Source: Macrostomum lignano (taxonomy: Eukaryota). Taken from it: a stretch of DNA of 34,237 nt. The notes under the pieces were generated by a model. It was not told the DNA's origin and searched no databases. It saw only the letters and a program-made list of their open reading frames with translations. Position numbers and translations under genes: made by a program. Of this stretch, positions 32,030 through 34,237 are shown one piece after another; positions within the stretch are counted from its first letter, which is position 1; each line of letters opens with the position of its first letter. The stretch covers positions 1-34,237 of the forward strand of contig NIVC01000515.1 of the NCBI GenBank assembly GCA_002269645.1. The letters are read 5' to 3'.

Positions 32030-32274
32030 TTAGTTGATCATAAAAATGGTGAATTGTCGTTTTCTGGCACAAAATCGAAGACTGAAAGGGAGCTCAAGCA
32101 GATACGAACAGCTCGGTACGATCTCCTGATCGATTCTGTTTCTATCGCTGACAATGTCGGCAATTTCTTCCTGGCCGGACTCCCGCAGAGCATTGTCCAG
32201 GTCCCGGATGATGTCATTCTCTTTTGCGCCCTTGCGCATCTTCTTCCAATAGAGTAGAAGCTTTTGAGCGGCTC
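32030..32274 (-). CDS. Death-domain-like small protein, exon 3 of 3
   Basis: ACACAG|GA acceptor at 32276-32275 (phase 1). AAQKLLLYWKKMRKGAKENDIIRDLDNALRESGQEEIADIV fits the death-fold helix pattern W...L..AL...G...IA.+V. Confidence 0.7.
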
Positions 32275-32373
32275 CTGTGTAGTTTCACAACAATTATTGT
32301 TTTAATAAGTATTGGCTACAAAATGTAGTTTAATCTAGAATCTGTGTTTTTATTATCTCGCTTTTTTACTCAC

Positions 32374-32544
32374 CGTACTCTGGCATCTTCAATTCCTCGT
32401 TTCGAACCTTCTGACGGACGATCTCTACAGTGGGAATATTGAGCAGCATGTACAACTTCATGTCACCTTGCTTCACAGCTTTGCCAAGATTGAGTAGGCT
32501 TGTTTCTGTCAGCACGCGGGCTTCCTTTTGCTCCTCCGGTTGTT
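32374..32544 (-). CDS. Death-domain-like small protein, exon 2 of 3 (171 bp; missed by the ORF track)
   Basis: TCTTTTTCAG| acceptor and TACG|GTGAGT donor; open phase 1/1 exon QPEEQKEARVLTETSLLNLGKAVKQGDMKLYMLLNIPTVEIVRQKVRNEELKMPEY. Confidence 0.75.
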
Positions 32545-33061
32545 CTGAAAAAGAGAAGTTTCAATTTTCAGACGACTGTTGAAATACACAGGGCTACTTG
32601 ATCTGTAAATCATTTACATTCCAGGGATTCCACAATTCCCACTAAGCAAAAATTACACTGCGCAACCAATTTTGTCTCACAAGCCCTATGTGTAACCCCT
32701 CCAATGACGTATGTGACCCAATCGGCCAATTCGACCCCAACCCGGCCCGGTATAAAATGGTGATTACGACTCTGAAGGAATAGGCACTTCTTGCTTAAGT
32801 TTTGTAAGAAATCATTAGACCTTAACCACTTGGTGCCCACTTCTTTAAATTAGTCATGGCCTGCATACTGGGTCATACAGTGGCCATTCTGGGCAGTTGC
32901 GTTAGTGACTGGGGATATGGTTTTTGATGCTATAGATATTTTTGAATCTCTGGGCTTTTGGGCCGTTTTGGTATGGCCTGCAGTGCAGCCCTTTGGCTTC
33001 CAAATGGTTAAATAATCAAGTAATATAGATTCGATTTCTGGATAAAAAGACGTACGTGTAC

Positions 33062-33077
33062 CTGTTTGTGATTCCAT
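33062..33077 (-). CDS. Death-domain-like small protein, exon 1 of 3 (MESQT + G)
   Basis: ATG GAA TCA CAA ACA G|GTACAC is a phase 1 donor compatible with exon 2 (G+AA = Glu). Total 432 nt. Confidence 0.5.
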
Positions 33078-34237
33078 TCTCGCTAGACAGGATGGAAGAT
33101 TGTATCAAGACTTATGATGAACAAGTTTCAATTGTTTGAATAAGTTACAGTTAAAAAATTATTCAAACTATTGCAAATAAAACTTTTAGAGTCGTCGTTG
33201 GTTGGTTAGAAATCAAACGATATAACAATTTCATTCTCATAAAATTAAAGAAAAATAAAAACTATCGACAAAGCTAAGCGAAGCTTGAAGGAAAAGGCTG
33301 TTTTAATGCTAAATATAGTTCATATTTCATTCACGCAGTAATGCATTCGCTTTACTCAGCTGAGTCCGCGTGACTAAAATTTTCAGAAGTTTAACTGATC
33401 GAACATTCTTATTTTTTTGTCATCAGAATTTTTATTCAATTGTTTTTTTTCACAGTTGCATTTATCCCAACCAAAAACTTTATTTTACTATTTTGCCATA
33501 ACCTAACTATATGCTATTGCCTATTACTTTGAACTTTTATACGCTTATAATACTGGGAGGCTTGAAAAGTACAAGGAGAGCCATAGGCATATATTAATTG
33601 TAGCTTAGACTATCTAGGTGTTTCCTGAAAATATCACCGTTATATCCAGGTTTTCATTTTGGGGGTGCCAAAGTCTTACCTGGGGTGATTGTGTATCCAG
33701 AGGTGTTCATGTATTCAGTCCATGTATTTTAGGGACTGGTAAGGGTTTAGGGGACTGTGTAGCCTTTTTGGCTGACAGATGGAGGGTAAATTTTACTAGG
33801 GAGTTTTACTGCCCCATGGGGTGTCAGATATCAGAGGCAAGTATAATGAAATATGCAATTGCAAGTAAATATATTGATTATTCTTATTGGTGTTATCTTG
33901 GAAAAAATATAGGCAATACTGATAGATTAAATTCTATCAAAGCTATTCAATTTATTAAAATAATGTGTATGATATATAAGTATAGTATTCTATAGACTAT
34001 AGAGTATCATATGTCTATGTATTGTTTATAGTGTTTTGCTAATGCTGTTATGCCTATTTTAATTAGGCTGAATATTTAAAATAATTAAGTTTTAATACCA
34101 ATTGGGCAATTCCATATAATTATGGTCGTAACATGACAGGCTATTTTTACTTATAAATGAAATCTAATAATAGAATACACTAAACCAATATTTTAAATGA
34201 AAGATTTTTTGTCAAGAATATTTTTATAGAGTTTCAT

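Noticed and set aside
32610-34237. ORFs 32610-32840, 32850-33077 (beyond its first 16 nt) and 33618-33995
   Set aside because: The first two fall in the inferred intron of the death-domain-like gene. The last has a GTG start, AT-rich composition and no motif.

Overview
Eukaryotic (animal) genomic window with spliced genes, roughly one third tandem repeat. The minisatellite-packed introns and GC-rich exons suggest a flatworm such as Macrostomum, which is inference only. Bases 1-~9312 look like the right-hand part of an endogenous Polinton/Maverick-like element. It holds a partial ORF, a small frameshifted DEDD/RNase H-like ORF, an intronless divergent TATA-binding-protein (TBP)-like gene, a family-B DNA polymerase with an embedded endonuclease VII-like module, an orphan Cys/His plus Ala-Pro repeat protein, a palindromic 47-bp array and a candidate ACTACTCTCT-3' terminus. 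No integrase, packaging ATPase, protease or capsid gene is visible in the window. The remainder is host DNA with three genes reconstructed by hand with consistent splice phases: a 2-exon signal peptide/CUB-like/LDLa-like/TM protein, a 5-exon nicotinic acetylcholine receptor alpha-type subunit (507 aa), and a convergent 3-exon death-domain-like gene. Many unrelated minisatellite families are present, including a head-to-head inverted 26-bp array inside the receptor intron. The most promising lead is a mobile DNA virus-like element carrying its own TBP, with TATA boxes in front of neighbouring element genes.
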